Assembly (NCBI GenBank): GCA_025061115.1
Contig: JANZKC010000001.1
Span: 544,001 to 608,000 of the forward strand
Source: Candidatus Culexmicrobium cathedralense
GTDB taxonomy: Archaea > Thermoproteota > Methanomethylicia > Culexarchaeales > Culexmicrobiaceae
Direction of reading: 5' to 3'
DNA: 64,000 nucleotides
Shown here: positions 20,937 through 31,447 of the stretch, in pieces
How the letters are laid out: the number at the start of each line of letters is the position of its first letter
Numbering within the stretch: position 1 is the stretch's first letter
The notes under the pieces: model-generated
Told to the model about the DNA's origin: nothing
The model's database searches: none
What the model saw: only the letters and a program-made list of their open reading frames with translations
Position numbers and translations under genes: made by a program

Positions 20937-22167
20937 AGTTAAAGACTTAAAGTTGGCGGAGCAGGGAAGAAGGCAAATAGAGTGGGCAGAATCGAAAATG
21001 CCAGTTCTAATGAAAATTAGGGAGAGATTCAAATCCGAAAAGCCGCTGGAAGGCATGAAGGTAAGCGCTTGCCTCCACGTAACCAAGGAAACAGCAGTTC
21101 TAATGAAAACGCTAATCGCAGGAGGAGCTGAAGTAGCGCTAAGCGCATCCAACCCACTCTCAACCCAAGATGAAGTGGCAGCAGCACTCGTCGAAGAGGG
21201 AATAAGCGTATACGCGTGGAGAGGCCAAAGCGAAGAAGACTACTTCAACTGCATAGGGCTCTCGCTAAAGCACAAGCCAGACATAACAATGGATGATGGA
21301 GGAGACCTAACCGTCAAAGCGCACATGGACGGATACGCCGAAGAAGTCATTGGAGGAACCGAGGAAACGACCACAGGAGTATTAAGGCTGAAAGCCATGG
21401 AGAAGCAGGGAGTTCTAAAGTACCCAATAATCGCAGTCAACGACGCGCACACCAAATACCTATTCGACAACAGGCATGGAACTGGGCAAAGCACGATCGA
21501 CGGAATAATGAGGGCGACAAACGTGCTACTAGCAGGAAAAAACGTGGTAGTAGCAGGCTACGGCTGGTGCGGAAAGGGAATAGCGATGAGAGCCAAAGGA
21601 ATGGGCGCAAATGTAATAGTAACCGAGGTAAACCCGCTAAGAGCGCTAGAGGCAGTGATGGATGGCTTCAGGGTCATGCCCATGGAAAAGGCAGCCGAAG
21701 TAGGAGACATATTCATAACCGCAACAGGAAACATCAACGTCATAAGAGGAGAGCACATGATAAAAATGAAAAGCGGAGCAATACTCGCAAATAGCGGCCA
21801 CTTCAACGTCGAAATAAACCTAAAAGACCTTGAGAGCCTAGCCACCTCCAAGAGGAAAATAAGGCCCAACGTCGATGAATACACCCTCAAAAACGGAAGA
21901 AAACTATACCTACTATGCGAAGGAAGGCTTGTAAACCTAGCAGCTGCAGAGGGACACCCAAGCGAAGTAATGGACATGTCATTCTCAAACCAAGCACTAT
22001 CAGTCGAATACCTAGCGAGAAAAGGCAAAGAGCTAAAGCCAGCAGTCTACAAGGTTCCAGAATTCATAGATGTCGAGGTAGCGAGACTAAAGCTGAAAAG
22101 CCTAGGAATAGAAATAGACAAGCTAACAAAAGAGCAGGAAGAGTACATACAGAAATGGCAGCTCTAA
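20926..22167 (+). CDS. ahcY: Adenosylhomocysteinase
   Basis: [43 protein letters not shown]. Confidence 0.97.
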   Translation: MKFKVKDLKLAEQGRRQIEWAESKMPVLMKIRERFKSEKPLEGMKVSACLHVTKETAVLMKTLIAGGAEVALSASNPLSTQDEVAAALVEEGISVYAWRGQSEEDYFNCIGLSLKHKPDITMDDGGDLTVKAHMDGYAEEVIGGTEETTTGVLRLKAMEKQGVLKYPIIAVNDAHTKYLFDNRHGTGQSTIDGIMRATNVLLAGKNVVVAGYGWCGKGIAMRAKGMGANVIVTEVNPLRALEAVMDGFRVMPMEKAAEVGDIFITATGNINVIRGEHMIKMKSGAILANSGHFNVEINLKDLESLATSKRKIRPNVDEYTLKNGRKLYLLCEGRLVNLAAAEGHPSEVMDMSFSNQALSVEYLARKGKELKPAVYKVPEFIDVEVARLKLKSLGIEIDKLTKEQEEYIQKWQL

Positions 22168-22203
22168 TTAGGAAAATTTATTGACAAGTAGTTAAAGATA
22201 AGC

Positions 22204-23181
22204 ATGGGGGTGCTACTAATAGAAATCTCTAAGAAAGCGAAGAGACTAACAGACCTGCCAGGAGTAGGGCCGGCAACCGCGGAAAAGCTCATCAACGCAG
22301 GATTCAGCTCCCTTGAATCCATAGCCATCGCAACTCCAAGCGAGCTCGCAGCAGCCACAGGCGTGTCCGAAAAGGCGGCGCAAAAAATAATAATTGCAGC
22401 AAGGGCAGCCCTCGACATCGGATTCAAAACAGCAGACATAATCTACGAGCAGCGATTAAAGGTCAGCAGAATAACAACTGGAAGCAGAAGCCTAGACAAG
22501 CTACTAGGAGGAGGAGTTGAAACCCAAACAATAACCGAAGTATTCGGAGAATTCGGAAGCGGAAAAACCCAGCTAGCACATCAGCTGTCAGTAAACGTGC
22601 AACTGCCAATCGAGGCCGGAGGATTAAATGGGAAGGCACTCTACATAGACTGCGAAGGAACCTTCAGGCCCGAAAGAATAGTCACAATGGCAAACGCCCT
22701 AGGACTAGACCCAAAAGAAACGCTGAAAAACATCATATTCGCAAGAGCGTACAACTCAGACCACCAAATGCTAATCGCGGAGCAGGCAAAGGAAATAATT
22801 GAAGATGAAAACATAAAGCTAATAGTAGTAGACAGCGTAACAGGCCACTTCAGGGCAGAATACCCAGGGAGGGAAAGCCTAGCTGAAAGGCAGCAAAAAC
22901 TTAACAGGCACCTACACACCCTGGCAAGGCTAGCGGACGTATACAACATAGCAGTCTTCATAACCAACCAGGTAATGTCAAGGCCAGACGCATTCTTCGG
23001 AGATCCAACAACGGCGGTTGGAGGCCACGTACTATTCCACGTGCCAGGAGCAAGAATATACTTGAGGAAAGCCAAGGGCAATAGGAGAATAGCGAGGCTA
23101 GTTGACAGCCCATACCTACCTGAAGGAGAAGCGATATTCGCGATAACCGAGGAAGGAATAAGAGACGCAGAGGGAAGCTAG
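22204..23181 (+). CDS. radA: DNA repair recombinase RadA
   Basis: N-terminal Hh[37 protein letters not shown]; no intein. Confidence 0.97.
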   Translation: MGVLLIEISKKAKRLTDLPGVGPATAEKLINAGFSSLESIAIATPSELAAATGVSEKAAQKIIIAARAALDIGFKTADIIYEQRLKVSRITTGSRSLDKLLGGGVETQTITEVFGEFGSGKTQLAHQLSVNVQLPIEAGGLNGKALYIDCEGTFRPERIVTMANALGLDPKETLKNIIFARAYNSDHQMLIAEQAKEIIEDENIKLIVVDSVTGHFRAEYPGRESLAERQQKLNRHLHTLARLADVYNIAVFITNQVMSRPDAFFGDPTTAVGGHVLFHVPGARIYLRKAKGNRRIARLVDSPYLPEGEAIFAITEEGIRDAEGS

Positions 23182-23241
23182 AAGCCAGCCACTGCTAAAG
23201 AATTTAAATCCACAAAACAAAGTAAGCTAAGGGGCTCGAAG

Positions 23242-24375
23242 CTGATTAGGAAAACCCATCTCCACGACCACTTCGTAGCTAAAGGAGCAAAAATGGTTGA
23301 CTTCGCAGGCTGGCACATGCCACTATGGTTTGAAAGCATAATAAAGGAGCACCTAGCAGTTAGGAATGCCGTAGGAATTTTCGACGTAACCCACATGGGG
23401 AGAATGCTCATAACCGGAAAAGACTCATGCAGCTTTCTCCAGTACGTAACAACCAACAACGTCGAAAAGCTCAAGGTCAAAAGGCTTCACTACTCAACAA
23501 TCTGCAATCCAAGCGGAGGAATAAAGGACGACATAATGCTCCTAAGACTAGAGGAGGAGAAGTACCTTCTCATATGCAACGCCTCAAATAGAGAGAAGAT
23601 ATTCAACTGGCTTAAACAGCACGCCGAAAAATATCAAGTTCAAGTGGAAAACATCTCAGACGAAGTCCCCATGTTCGCGCTTCAAGGACCCCTAGCCGAG
23701 AAAACCCTTCAAAAGCTAGTTGAAGCGGATTTAAGCAAGCTCAAGCACTGGAGATTAACCAAGGCGAAAATCCTAGGAGTAGAAGCAGTAATCAGCAGGT
23801 CAGGCTACACGGGCGAAGACGGCTTCGAAATAACCCTGTGGAGAATACCCCTAAGCGAAGCCCAAAAGGCAGTTGAAGTTTACGAGGCAATACTCGAAGC
23901 CGGAAAGGAATATGGAATAGCGGAATGCGGGCTAGGAGCAAGAGATACATTAAGGCTGGAAGCAGGACTAGTCCTCTACGGAAACGACATCGACGAAGCC
24001 ACAACACCACTAGAGGCAAAGCTGGAATGGGTGGTAAAGTTCGAAAAGGGAGAATTCATAGGAAGAGAAGCACTCATGAAGCAAGCGGAGGAAGGACTAA
24101 AGAGAATTAGAGTCGGACTAAAAATGATTGATAGAGGAATACCTAGGCAGCACTACGAAATATACAGCGGAGAAGAAAAAATCGGAACAATAACCAGCGG
24201 AACGTACTCGCCACTGCTAAAGGTTGGAATAGCCATGGGCTACGTGAAACCACAATATGCAGAGCCAAAAACGCAAGTCGAAGTCGTTATTAGGGGGAAA
24301 AGAGCAAAAGCAGAAATAGTAGATTGGCCATTCTACGACCCCACAGCTTACGGAAGAAGGAGGGTGAAAAAATGA
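23242..24375 (+). CDS. gcvT: Glycine cleavage system T protein (aminomethyltransferase)
   Basis: FDVTHMG, SRSGYTGEDGFE, GLGARDTLRLEAG; conserved RKTHLHDH..GAKMVDFAGW extends upstream of ATG 23293 to CTG 23242. Confidence 0.93.
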   Translation: MIRKTHLHDHFVAKGAKMVDFAGWHMPLWFESIIKEHLAVRNAVGIFDVTHMGRMLITGKDSCSFLQYVTTNNVEKLKVKRLHYSTICNPSGGIKDDIMLLRLEEEKYLLICNASNREKIFNWLKQHAEKYQVQVENISDEVPMFALQGPLAEKTLQKLVEADLSKLKHWRLTKAKILGVEAVISRSGYTGEDGFEITLWRIPLSEAQKAVEVYEAILEAGKEYGIAECGLGARDTLRLEAGLVLYGNDIDEATTPLEAKLEWVVKFEKGEFIGREALMKQAEEGLKRIRVGLKMIDRGIPRQHYEIYSGEEKIGTITSGTYSPLLKVGIAMGYVKPQYAEPKTQVEVVIRGKRAKAEIVDWPFYDPTAYGRRRVKK

Positions 24376-24785
24376 AGGTAAACGACTATGAAGTTAGGGA
24401 GGAGCTGTACTACACCAAAGAGCATGAGTGGGCTAAAATTGAAGGAGAACTCGTCCGAATAGGAATAACGGACTACGCGCAGAAGCAGCTGAGAGACATA
24501 GTTTACGTCGAACTTCCCGAAGTAGGCAAGAAGATAAGCAAAATGGGCGTCCTCGGAACAGTCGAGTCGGTAAAGGCGGTATCAGAGGTTTACAGCCCAC
24601 TAAGCGGAGAAGTTGTCGAGGTAAATGAGGAGCTGGAAAACAGCCCAGAGCTAATAAATCAAGACCCCTACGGGGAAGGGTGGATAGCAGTACTAAAGCC
24701 AAGCAACCTTGAAGAAGAGCTCAAGGACCTCATGAAAGCCGATGAATATGCAGAATACTTGAAAAAGGAAGTTGAAGAGCATTAA
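24372..24785 (+). CDS. gcvH: Glycine cleavage system H protein
   Basis: YTKEHEW, GITDYAQ, lipoyl motif VESVKAVS, DPYGEGW; ATGA overlap with gcvT. Confidence 0.95.
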   Translation: MKVNDYEVREELYYTKEHEWAKIEGELVRIGITDYAQKQLRDIVYVELPEVGKKISKMGVLGTVESVKAVSEVYSPLSGEVVEVNEELENSPELINQDPYGEGWIAVLKPSNLEEELKDLMKADEYAEYLKKEVEEH

Positions 24786-25897
24786 GCAACTCTAACTATT
24801 TTTTCCTCACCATAATCGGTTATAACCCTCATATATCCCCTCAAAAGCTCATCCACCTCGGGATCCCCAGTATCAACCCTAAGGCAAGGTATGGTTGAAA
24901 GCTTATAGTGCGTAGCAACCACAACGATGTTTCTACGCCCAACTCTCCTAATAACTTCAGGGCTAATCTGCTGATTCCCCCTACCGAAGATGAAGCCCTG
25001 ACTCCCAATAGGCGTAACCACAATGACGCTTCGCCTACCCTCAATTTCGCTCAGAATTCTCCTCTCATCAACGTCAAGAGCTAAAAGCCTCCTGCCATGA
25101 AGAACGTCGACTCCAAGGAGAGTTTTAGGCAAGCCGAGGACGTCGGCAATCGCCTTAACAGTGGTTCCAGGACCCAAAATGTAGATTACATCATCCTCCA
25201 TTCGCTCCACAAAGTACCTCGCAATCGCCAATTGATTTTCCCGCTCATCCTCAGTTTGGGGGCTGGGAGACTTAGCGCTTTGAATGTAGTTTGGCTCATA
25301 TGGAACAAGCAAGTAGCCGTAAAGCCTAGCTGAAAGGCGGCCCTCCCTAAAAGCCTCCTCATCAACATCCATGACCTCAGCCTCCCTCAGAGGAAGATTT
25401 CCGGCCAAAAATTCGGCTACAACCTTAGCTGCAACCGCAGGATTAATGGCAAAAACTGCGGAGTGCATTTTAACTCCAGTAGGAACGCCCAAAACTGGAA
25501 CCTTCAAGTCCACCGACTCGCAGACATCCCGAGCAGTTCCATCGCCACCGCAAAAAACGATTAGGTCAACGCCGAGCTCAGCCATCTGGGCAGCAGCACG
25601 CCTGGTATCCTCCGCAGAGGTTCGATCGCCAATCTCCCCAACAACTACTGGATCGAAGCCGCACTCCCTAGCTTCAAACTCACCCATCTCCCTAGGGTAA
25701 GTTATCAAGGTGCACTGGACCCCAAGCCTCCTCAGCTCCCTAAGCATCTGCTTAGCTCTCTCAGGAGCAACCGGCTTCGCCCCAAGCCTAATCGCTAATT
25801 TAAGAATCTCCTCACCGTCAGTCCCCTTTAAGCCAACTCTACCGCCCATTCCAGCTATGGGGTTAACTATGAAGCCAAGCCTCTTCATATCAACCAC
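24782..25897 (-). CDS. ATP-NAD kinase family (AcoX-like) protein
   Basis: VNPIAGMGGRVGLKGTDG, GGDGTARD, GVKMHS, GRGNQQ. Confidence 0.85.
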   Translation of the reverse strand: MVDMKRLGFIVNPIAGMGGRVGLKGTDGEEILKLAIRLGAKPVAPERAKQMLRELRRLGVQCTLITYPREMGEFEARECGFDPVVVGEIGDRTSAEDTRRAAAQMAELGVDLIVFCGGDGTARDVCESVDLKVPVLGVPTGVKMHSAVFAINPAVAAKVVAEFLAGNLPLREAEVMDVDEEAFREGRLSARLYGYLLVPYEPNYIQSAKSPSPQTEDERENQLAIARYFVERMEDDVIYILGPGTTVKAIADVLGLPKTLLGVDVLHGRRLLALDVDERRILSEIEGRRSVIVVTPIGSQGFIFGRGNQQISPEVIRRVGRRNIVVVATHYKLSTIPCLRVDTGDPEVDELLRGYMRVITDYGEEKIVRVA

Positions 25898-28800
25898 TAA
25901 AGGGGAGTTATGCCCATCCTATACTCTTCGTCATCTATCCTCCAAAGCTTCTCGTACGCAGCCTTGTAGGGCGGCGTCTGCGTGAGAAGAAGCTCCTTAA
26001 CCCTCACTTCCCTCAAGATGTACCACTCCATGGACTTGAGCATCTCCAGAATCCTCCTATTGGAAACCGCCACGTAAGCGTCGATGTAAGCCTCAATTGG
26101 AAGGTCGAGCTCCTTCCTCATTTCCTGCAATCTCCTCACAACCTCCCTAGCCAATCCCTCGGCAATCAGCTCATCGGTCAACTCCACGTTCAAGTAGATG
26201 TCTCCAAAGTTGAATGAGGACCTCACATAGCCCTCTGCAACCTCCTCCCTCACAACGAGGTCCTCAGCAGTCAATCTAATTCGCTCCCCATCAATTTCAA
26301 CTTCATAATAGCCGCTGGAGTCAAGAGCCCTCTTAACCTCAGCAGGATCAACCGACTGGAGAGCTTCCAGCAGCAACTTAAACTTATCCTTAAGCTTCGG
26401 CCCTAAGGAGGCATGGTTCGGACTTACTTGAATCACCTTAAGCTCATCCTCCTCACCTTTAGCGAGAAGCCTAACCTGCTTGACATTTGCTTGCTCGCAA
26501 ATCACTGACTTAAACTCCTCAATTGCACTATCAACTTCAGGCATATCCGAAGCAACCAGCAGCTCCATCAAAGGATATCTGAGCTTTATCCTTGCACTCT
26601 GCCTAGCACTCAGGGCAGCCTCCACAATCGACCTAGCTATACCCATAAGCTTCACAAGCCTCTCATCCACGAGGTCTTCAATAGGCTCAGGCCAGTCGCA
26701 CATGTGAATGCTTTCAGGAAGACCTTCATCTGCAGGCCTGAAAATCCCTTGATAAAGCTTCTCGGTTATGAATGGAATTATTGGAGCAGCCAACTTCAAG
26801 AAAGCGAGAAGCACGTGATAAAGAGTTGCGTAAGCAGCAAACTTCGTTGGATCCTCACTTTCAATCCAAGTTCTCCGCCTAATCAGCTTGATATACCATC
26901 TGCTAACGTCCTCAACTATGAAGTCCCTCAAAGCTCTAGCTGCCTCATGAATGTGAAGACTCTCCATAGCCTCAGTAACCTTCCTAACCAGCAATTGGGT
27001 CTTGCTTAGAAGCCACCTATCCTCAGGCTGAAGGTGCTCCCTAACGTCATTCAAGCTGCACTTAGCAGGAGAGTAGCCGTCCAAGTTCATGTAAAGGCTT
27101 GCAAAGTAGTAGACGCTCCACATTATCTTCAACGCCCTATAGACCTCGCCCAGCTCATCCATGGAGAAGCGCAGGTCCTCCCAAGGAGTGCACTGGAGCT
27201 CATACCACCTGAGAGCATCCCTACTATACCTGCTGAAAACCTCTTCAGGGTAAACAACGTTTCCAAGCGACTTGTGCATTGCCCTGCCATACTGGTCAAG
27301 GGACCAGCCGTGCATTAGCACCTGCTTGTAGGGGGATCTGCCGAATCCAATGTAGCTGCTGACAAGCAGGGTGTAGAACCAACCCCTAGTCTGGTCAGGG
27401 CCCTCAAGGATCAAGTCCGCTGGCCACCACTTCTTAAACTCATCCTCACGCGATGGGAAGCCCAAGCAAGCCCATGAAGCAACGCTTGAATCCATCCAAA
27501 CGTCTAGAATGTCAGGTACCCTACGCATCTCTCCTCCACACTTGCACTTCAAAACAACTTCATCTATCCAAGGCTTATGAAGGTCGAGGACAGGCGGAAG
27601 CCTTACGGCTTTGCTCTTCAACTCCTCTACGGAGCCAATAACCTCCCTACGCCCACACTTCTCGCAGATCCATATTGGGAGTGGGGCACCCCAATACCGC
27701 TGCCTCGAAATAACCCAGTCCCTCACATTTAAGAGCCAATTCCTAAACCTACTCCTTCCAGCCCAGTCGGGAACCCACTTTATCCGCTCATTCTCCTCAA
27801 GAAGCTTCTCCTTTATCTCCGGAACCCTGATAAACCACTGCCTAGTCGCCCTGAGAAGAAGCGGAGTCTTACAGCGCCAGCAATGAGGATACCTATGCCT
27901 AACCTTCCCCCTATAGAGAAGGAGGCCCTTCCTCTCCAAGTCCCTAATTATATCCTCATTAGCATCCCAAATCAGCTTACCAGCATACTTACCTGCTTCA
28001 CCCGTAAACCTCCCAGACTCATCCACGGGAGAAACTACGGGCAAGTTGTACTTCAACCCTACAAGGAAGTCCTCTTCACCATGCCCAGGAGCAGAGTGAA
28101 CGCACCCAGTACCCTCCTCCATCGACACGAACTCCTCACTCAAAACAACCCTATGGGCGCCGCGGATTCTCCTCTGAACATCAACCTCATCGAGGAGCGG
28201 AGGAACGTACTTCAATCCCTCGAGCTTCCTACCTGGAAATCGCTCTAAAATTTCATAGTCCAACCCGACCTCGCTGAAGACGGCCTCACACCTAGGCTCA
28301 GCTAAAATGTAAACTTCATCTCCAACTCTAGCTCTCACATAAGTATGCTCGGGATGAACCATAACAGCAACATTAGCAGGCAAAGTCCATGGAGTCGTAG
28401 TCCAAATTAGGATGAACTCACCATCCCTACCCTCAACCGGAAACTTAACGTATATGGACGGGTCCTCAACCTCACGATACGCGTCGGTCACCTCATATCC
28501 CGAAAGCACAGTTTCACATCGAGGACACCAGTGGAAAACCATGTAGCCAACATCAAGCAACCCCTTCTCCTCAGCCTTCTTAACCACCCACCACTCAGCC
28601 TCGATATACTCCCTAGCTATGGTCATGTAGGGCTTATCCCAATCCATCCAAACTCCCAAATTCTTAAACTGCCTCTCAAGAACCTTCAAGTGCTCAAGAG
28701 CATACTCCCGGCACTCCTCAACGAAGCGCTTAACTCCAAGGGACTCTATATCCTTCTTCGTCCTGAGGCCAAGTTTCCTCTCAACCATAACTTCAATGGG

Positions 28801-29076
28801 TAGGCCATGCATGTCATAGCCAGGCTGATCCCTAACATCATAACCCCTCATCCTATAAAACCTTAGGAAAGCATCCTTCAACACCTTGTTCCAAGCAGTT
28901 CCCACGTGAATTGGATTGGTAACGTACGGCGGCCCATCCAAGAAGTAGAATTTTGGACCATTAGCTCTAAGCCTCTTAACCTTATCATAAATCCTGTTCT
29001 CATCCCACCACTTTAAAACTTCAAGCTCCCCTTCACTGCCAGGATAATCCCTACTTATAGCTCCAACAACACCCAT
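25897..29076 (-). CDS. ileS: Isoleucyl-tRNA synthetase
   Basis: DGPPY, HVGT (HIGH), WTTTPWTLP editing domain, DWVISRQRYWG, GPDQTRGWF, MHKS (KMSKS). Confidence 0.97.
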   Translation of the reverse strand: MGVVGAISRDYPGSEGELEVLKWWDENRIYDKVKRLRANGPKFYFLDGPPYVTNPIHVGTAWNKVLKDAFLRFYRMRGYDVRDQPGYDMHGLPIEVMVERKLGLRTKKDIESLGVKRFVEECREYALEHLKVLERQFKNLGVWMDWDKPYMTIAREYIEAEWWVVKKAEEKGLLDVGYMVFHWCPRCETVLSGYEVTDAYREVEDPSIYVKFPVEGRDGEFILIWTTTPWTLPANVAVMVHPEHTYVRARVGDEVYILAEPRCEAVFSEVGLDYEILERFPGRKLEGLKYVPPLLDEVDVQRRIRGAHRVVLSEEFVSMEEGTGCVHSAPGHGEEDFLVGLKYNLPVVSPVDESGRFTGEAGKYAGKLIWDANEDIIRDLERKGLLLYRGKVRHRYPHCWRCKTPLLLRATRQWFIRVPEIKEKLLEENERIKWVPDWAGRSRFRNWLLNVRDWVISRQRYWGAPLPIWICEKCGRREVIGSVEELKSKAVRLPPVLDLHKPWIDEVVLKCKCGGEMRRVPDILDVWMDSSVASWACLGFPSREDEFKKWWPADLILEGPDQTRGWFYTLLVSSYIGFGRSPYKQVLMHGWSLDQYGRAMHKSLGNVVYPEEVFSRYSRDALRWYELQCTPWEDLRFSMDELGEVYRALKIMWSVYYFASLYMNLDGYSPAKCSLNDVREHLQPEDRWLLSKTQLLVRKVTEAMESLHIHEAARALRDFIVEDVSRWYIKLIRRRTWIESEDPTKFAAYATLYHVLLAFLKLAAPIIPFITEKLYQGIFRPADEGLPESIHMCDWPEPIEDLVDERLVKLMGIARSIVEAALSARQSARIKLRYPLMELLVASDMPEVDSAIEEFKSVICEQANVKQVRLLAKGEEDELKVIQVSPNHASLGPKLKDKFKLLLEALQSVDPAEVKRALDSSGYYEVEIDGERIRLTAEDLVVREEVAEGYVRSSFNFGDIYLNVELTDELIAEGLAREVVRRLQEMRKELDLPIEAYIDAYVAVSNRRILEMLKSMEWYILREVRVKELLLTQTPPYKAAYEKLWRIDDEEYRMGITPL

Positions 29077-29248
29077 GTCAATTCGCCCTCCAGAAGAAGC
29101 ATTCACTTAAAAACAAGTACCCTAGCAGAAAAGTCCGCGTGTAAAGCCCTAAATTTGGCGCTGATACACTCTCCAGCCTCCTCATCATAGGGGAGAAGCA
29201 ATAATATTTAAAGTTTATTGAACATTAGGGGTAAGGGGAGGAAGCACA

Positions 29249-31270
29249 TTGCGAAAACGATCGAAGATTAGGGGCATCGCCAAGCAGCTGCCCCACCTAA
29301 ATCAAGCAATCAAATTTACTGCGATAATTCTGATCTTCGCCTTAGCTTTGGGAATAAGAATGCTCCCAATGAAGTGGGGATCATGGCTGACAGCCTACGA
29401 CCCCTACTTCCAATATAGAGTTACGGAGTACATAGTTGAAAACGGCTTCCAAGCGTGGTTCTCATGGAAAGATGAAATGAGCTGGTACCCATTCGGCAGA
29501 AACATACCTAAAACCTCATACCCTGGAGTTCCATTCACAGGCGCATTCTTCTACATGCTCGCCAAAACCCTGGGAATCGAAATGTCAGTCATGGAGATAT
29601 GCACCCTTGTACCAGCAATTCTAGGAGCATTGTCAGCAATTATAGCCTACCTAATTGGAAGGGAAATTGAAGGCGAGGCTGTAGGAATATTCTCAGGACT
29701 AATCTTAGCCACCGTGCCAGCATTCATCAGCAGAACTTCAGCAGGATTCTACGACACCGAAAGCGTAGGCTTCTTCGCATACATGCTATCCCTATACTTC
29801 TGGGTGCTAGCCATGAGGAGAGACTCAACGGCGGCAGCGGCAATCTCAGGAGCAGCCCTAGCATACATGGCTGCATCCTGGGGCGGAAGCATCTACCTAC
29901 TAAACCTATACGCGCTCTACGCCATCGTAATGGTGCTCCTAGGAAAGTACTCCAGAAGGCTCCTTAAAACGTACTCAATAGCAGTTGGAGTCAGCCTACT
30001 CCTATCCGCTCAAGTACCTCTATTCACTAGGAAGTACTTGATAAGCTACGCAACGATACTGCCCTTAATCGCGATGGCAATCCTAGCAATCAAGGGAGTT
30101 CTCGAGGAAGCCGACGACAAGAAAGCCAAAATGCTCGGCCTAGCAGCCATAGCAGTCATAGCGCTAATGGGAGTGGCAGCCCTAGAAAGCAGAGGATACA
30201 TTACAGCTCTAACAGGCAGAATACTCTCAGTCATAAATCCATTCGTGAAGGAAGCTCAGCCCCTAGTCGCATCGGTAGCTGAGCATAGGGCGCCAACATG
30301 GGGGCACATATTCCTCCAGTACGGAGCAGTCCTAATTCTAGCTCCATTGGGAATGTACTTCGCACTCAAGAGGGGGAGGGACACCGACATTCTACTAGCT
30401 TTAGGAGCACTGACAAGCGCCTACTTCGCATCCACAATGATAAGGCTCTTAATGCTCGCAGCACCCACATTCAGCATACTTGCAGCCATAGGAGTAGTTA
30501 GAATTCTCAAGCCCCACGCCAATATACTCATAGGCAGAGCAATTCCAGCCAGGAGAGGAAGAAAAGTCACAGTTAGGATTAGTAGGGGTGGAAGCGCGTG
30601 GATCATGGTGCTACTAACCCTAATCCTCATATTCAATACGATTTCATGGAGAGCCACCGCATATACGGCTCCAACCATAGTCACTTGCGGAGGAATACCT
30701 GGAGGAACAGGCTACCAGGACTGGATCGAAGCCCTCATATGGATGAGGGAGAACCTACCCGAAGACGCGGTGGTAGCCTCATGGTGGGACTACGGCTACT
30801 GGATCACAGCCCTCGCAAACAAGACATCGGTAATCGACAACGCCACGCTTAACGCAACCCAAATAGAGAGCATAGCACTAGCATTCATGTCAAATGAAAC
30901 CACAGCCCTCAAAATATTCAAGAAGCTTGGAGCAACCCACGTAGTCGTCTTCGAAGCCTTCGACCCACAAACCGGATTCCTACTCCACGGAAGAGGCTAC
31001 GGAGACTTCGCAAAGTCCTACTGGATGATCAGGATAGCAGATCTAAACGAGTCGGACTACATAAAGTACTACCCAGACAAGGGAATTCGAACTCCCGAAG
31101 GACCTAAGGCAGCCAACGCAACGCTTTACAGAATGCTATTCGCGACAAGAAGACATCTATGGAAAATGTGGGGAATAGACATTCCAGAGCCAGAGCACTT
31201 CGAACTAGTATTCAAGTCAAGCAATGAATTCGTATTCGTCTGGAAAGTCCTCTACGAGGAAGAGGGCTGA
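29249..31270 (+). CDS. aglB: Oligosaccharyltransferase AglB/STT3
   Basis: Multi-TM N-terminal region, YDPYFQYR, SVAEH, WWDYG, DNAT, DFAKSYWM. Confidence 0.95.
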   Translation: MRKRSKIRGIAKQLPHLNQAIKFTAIILIFALALGIRMLPMKWGSWLTAYDPYFQYRVTEYIVENGFQAWFSWKDEMSWYPFGRNIPKTSYPGVPFTGAFFYMLAKTLGIEMSVMEICTLVPAILGALSAIIAYLIGREIEGEAVGIFSGLILATVPAFISRTSAGFYDTESVGFFAYMLSLYFWVLAMRRDSTAAAAISGAALAYMAASWGGSIYLLNLYALYAIVMVLLGKYSRRLLKTYSIAVGVSLLLSAQVPLFTRKYLISYATILPLIAMAILAIKGVLEEADDKKAKMLGLAAIAVIALMGVAALESRGYITALTGRILSVINPFVKEAQPLVASVAEHRAPTWGHIFLQYGAVLILAPLGMYFALKRGRDTDILLALGALTSAYFASTMIRLLMLAAPTFSILAAIGVVRILKPHANILIGRAIPARRGRKVTVRISRGGSAWIMVLLTLILIFNTISWRATAYTAPTIVTCGGIPGGTGYQDWIEALIWMRENLPEDAVVASWWDYGYWITALANKTSVIDNATLNATQIESIALAFMSNETTALKIFKKLGATHVVVFEAFDPQTGFLLHGRGYGDFAKSYWMIRIADLNESDYIKYYPDKGIRTPEGPKAANATLYRMLFATRRHLWKMWGIDIPEPEHFELVFKSSNEFVFVWKVLYEEEG

Positions 31271-31437
31271 TCCTTCAAGGCAAGCTTTTTCATCAAACGC
31301 CTATAACGCGCATACTTATCATCAGGAGAAAATTTGGCTGGATGAGGTATCCTCAACGAGCCGCCGCAGTATGGGCATGCATCCTTCCTAAGAGTATACC
31401 TTCCGCACTTAGTGCACTTCCTCAAAAGCCAAGGCAA
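31252..31437 (-). CDS. nop10: H/ACA RNP protein Nop10
   Basis: CTKCGRYTL..CPYCG..PHPAKFSPDDKY. Confidence 0.95.
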   Translation of the reverse strand: MPWLLRKCTKCGRYTLRKDACPYCGGSLRIPHPAKFSPDDKYARYRRLMKKLALKDQPSSS

Positions 31438-31447
31438 CCTTCAACCC

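Noticed and set aside
22204-23181. Intein in RadA
   Set aside because: Normal length (325 aa) and a continuous Walker A region
29125-29190. C/D box sRNA or BHB motif in the ileS leader
   Set aside because: Box C is present but there is no CTGA box D on that strand, and the bulge geometry is not 3-4-3
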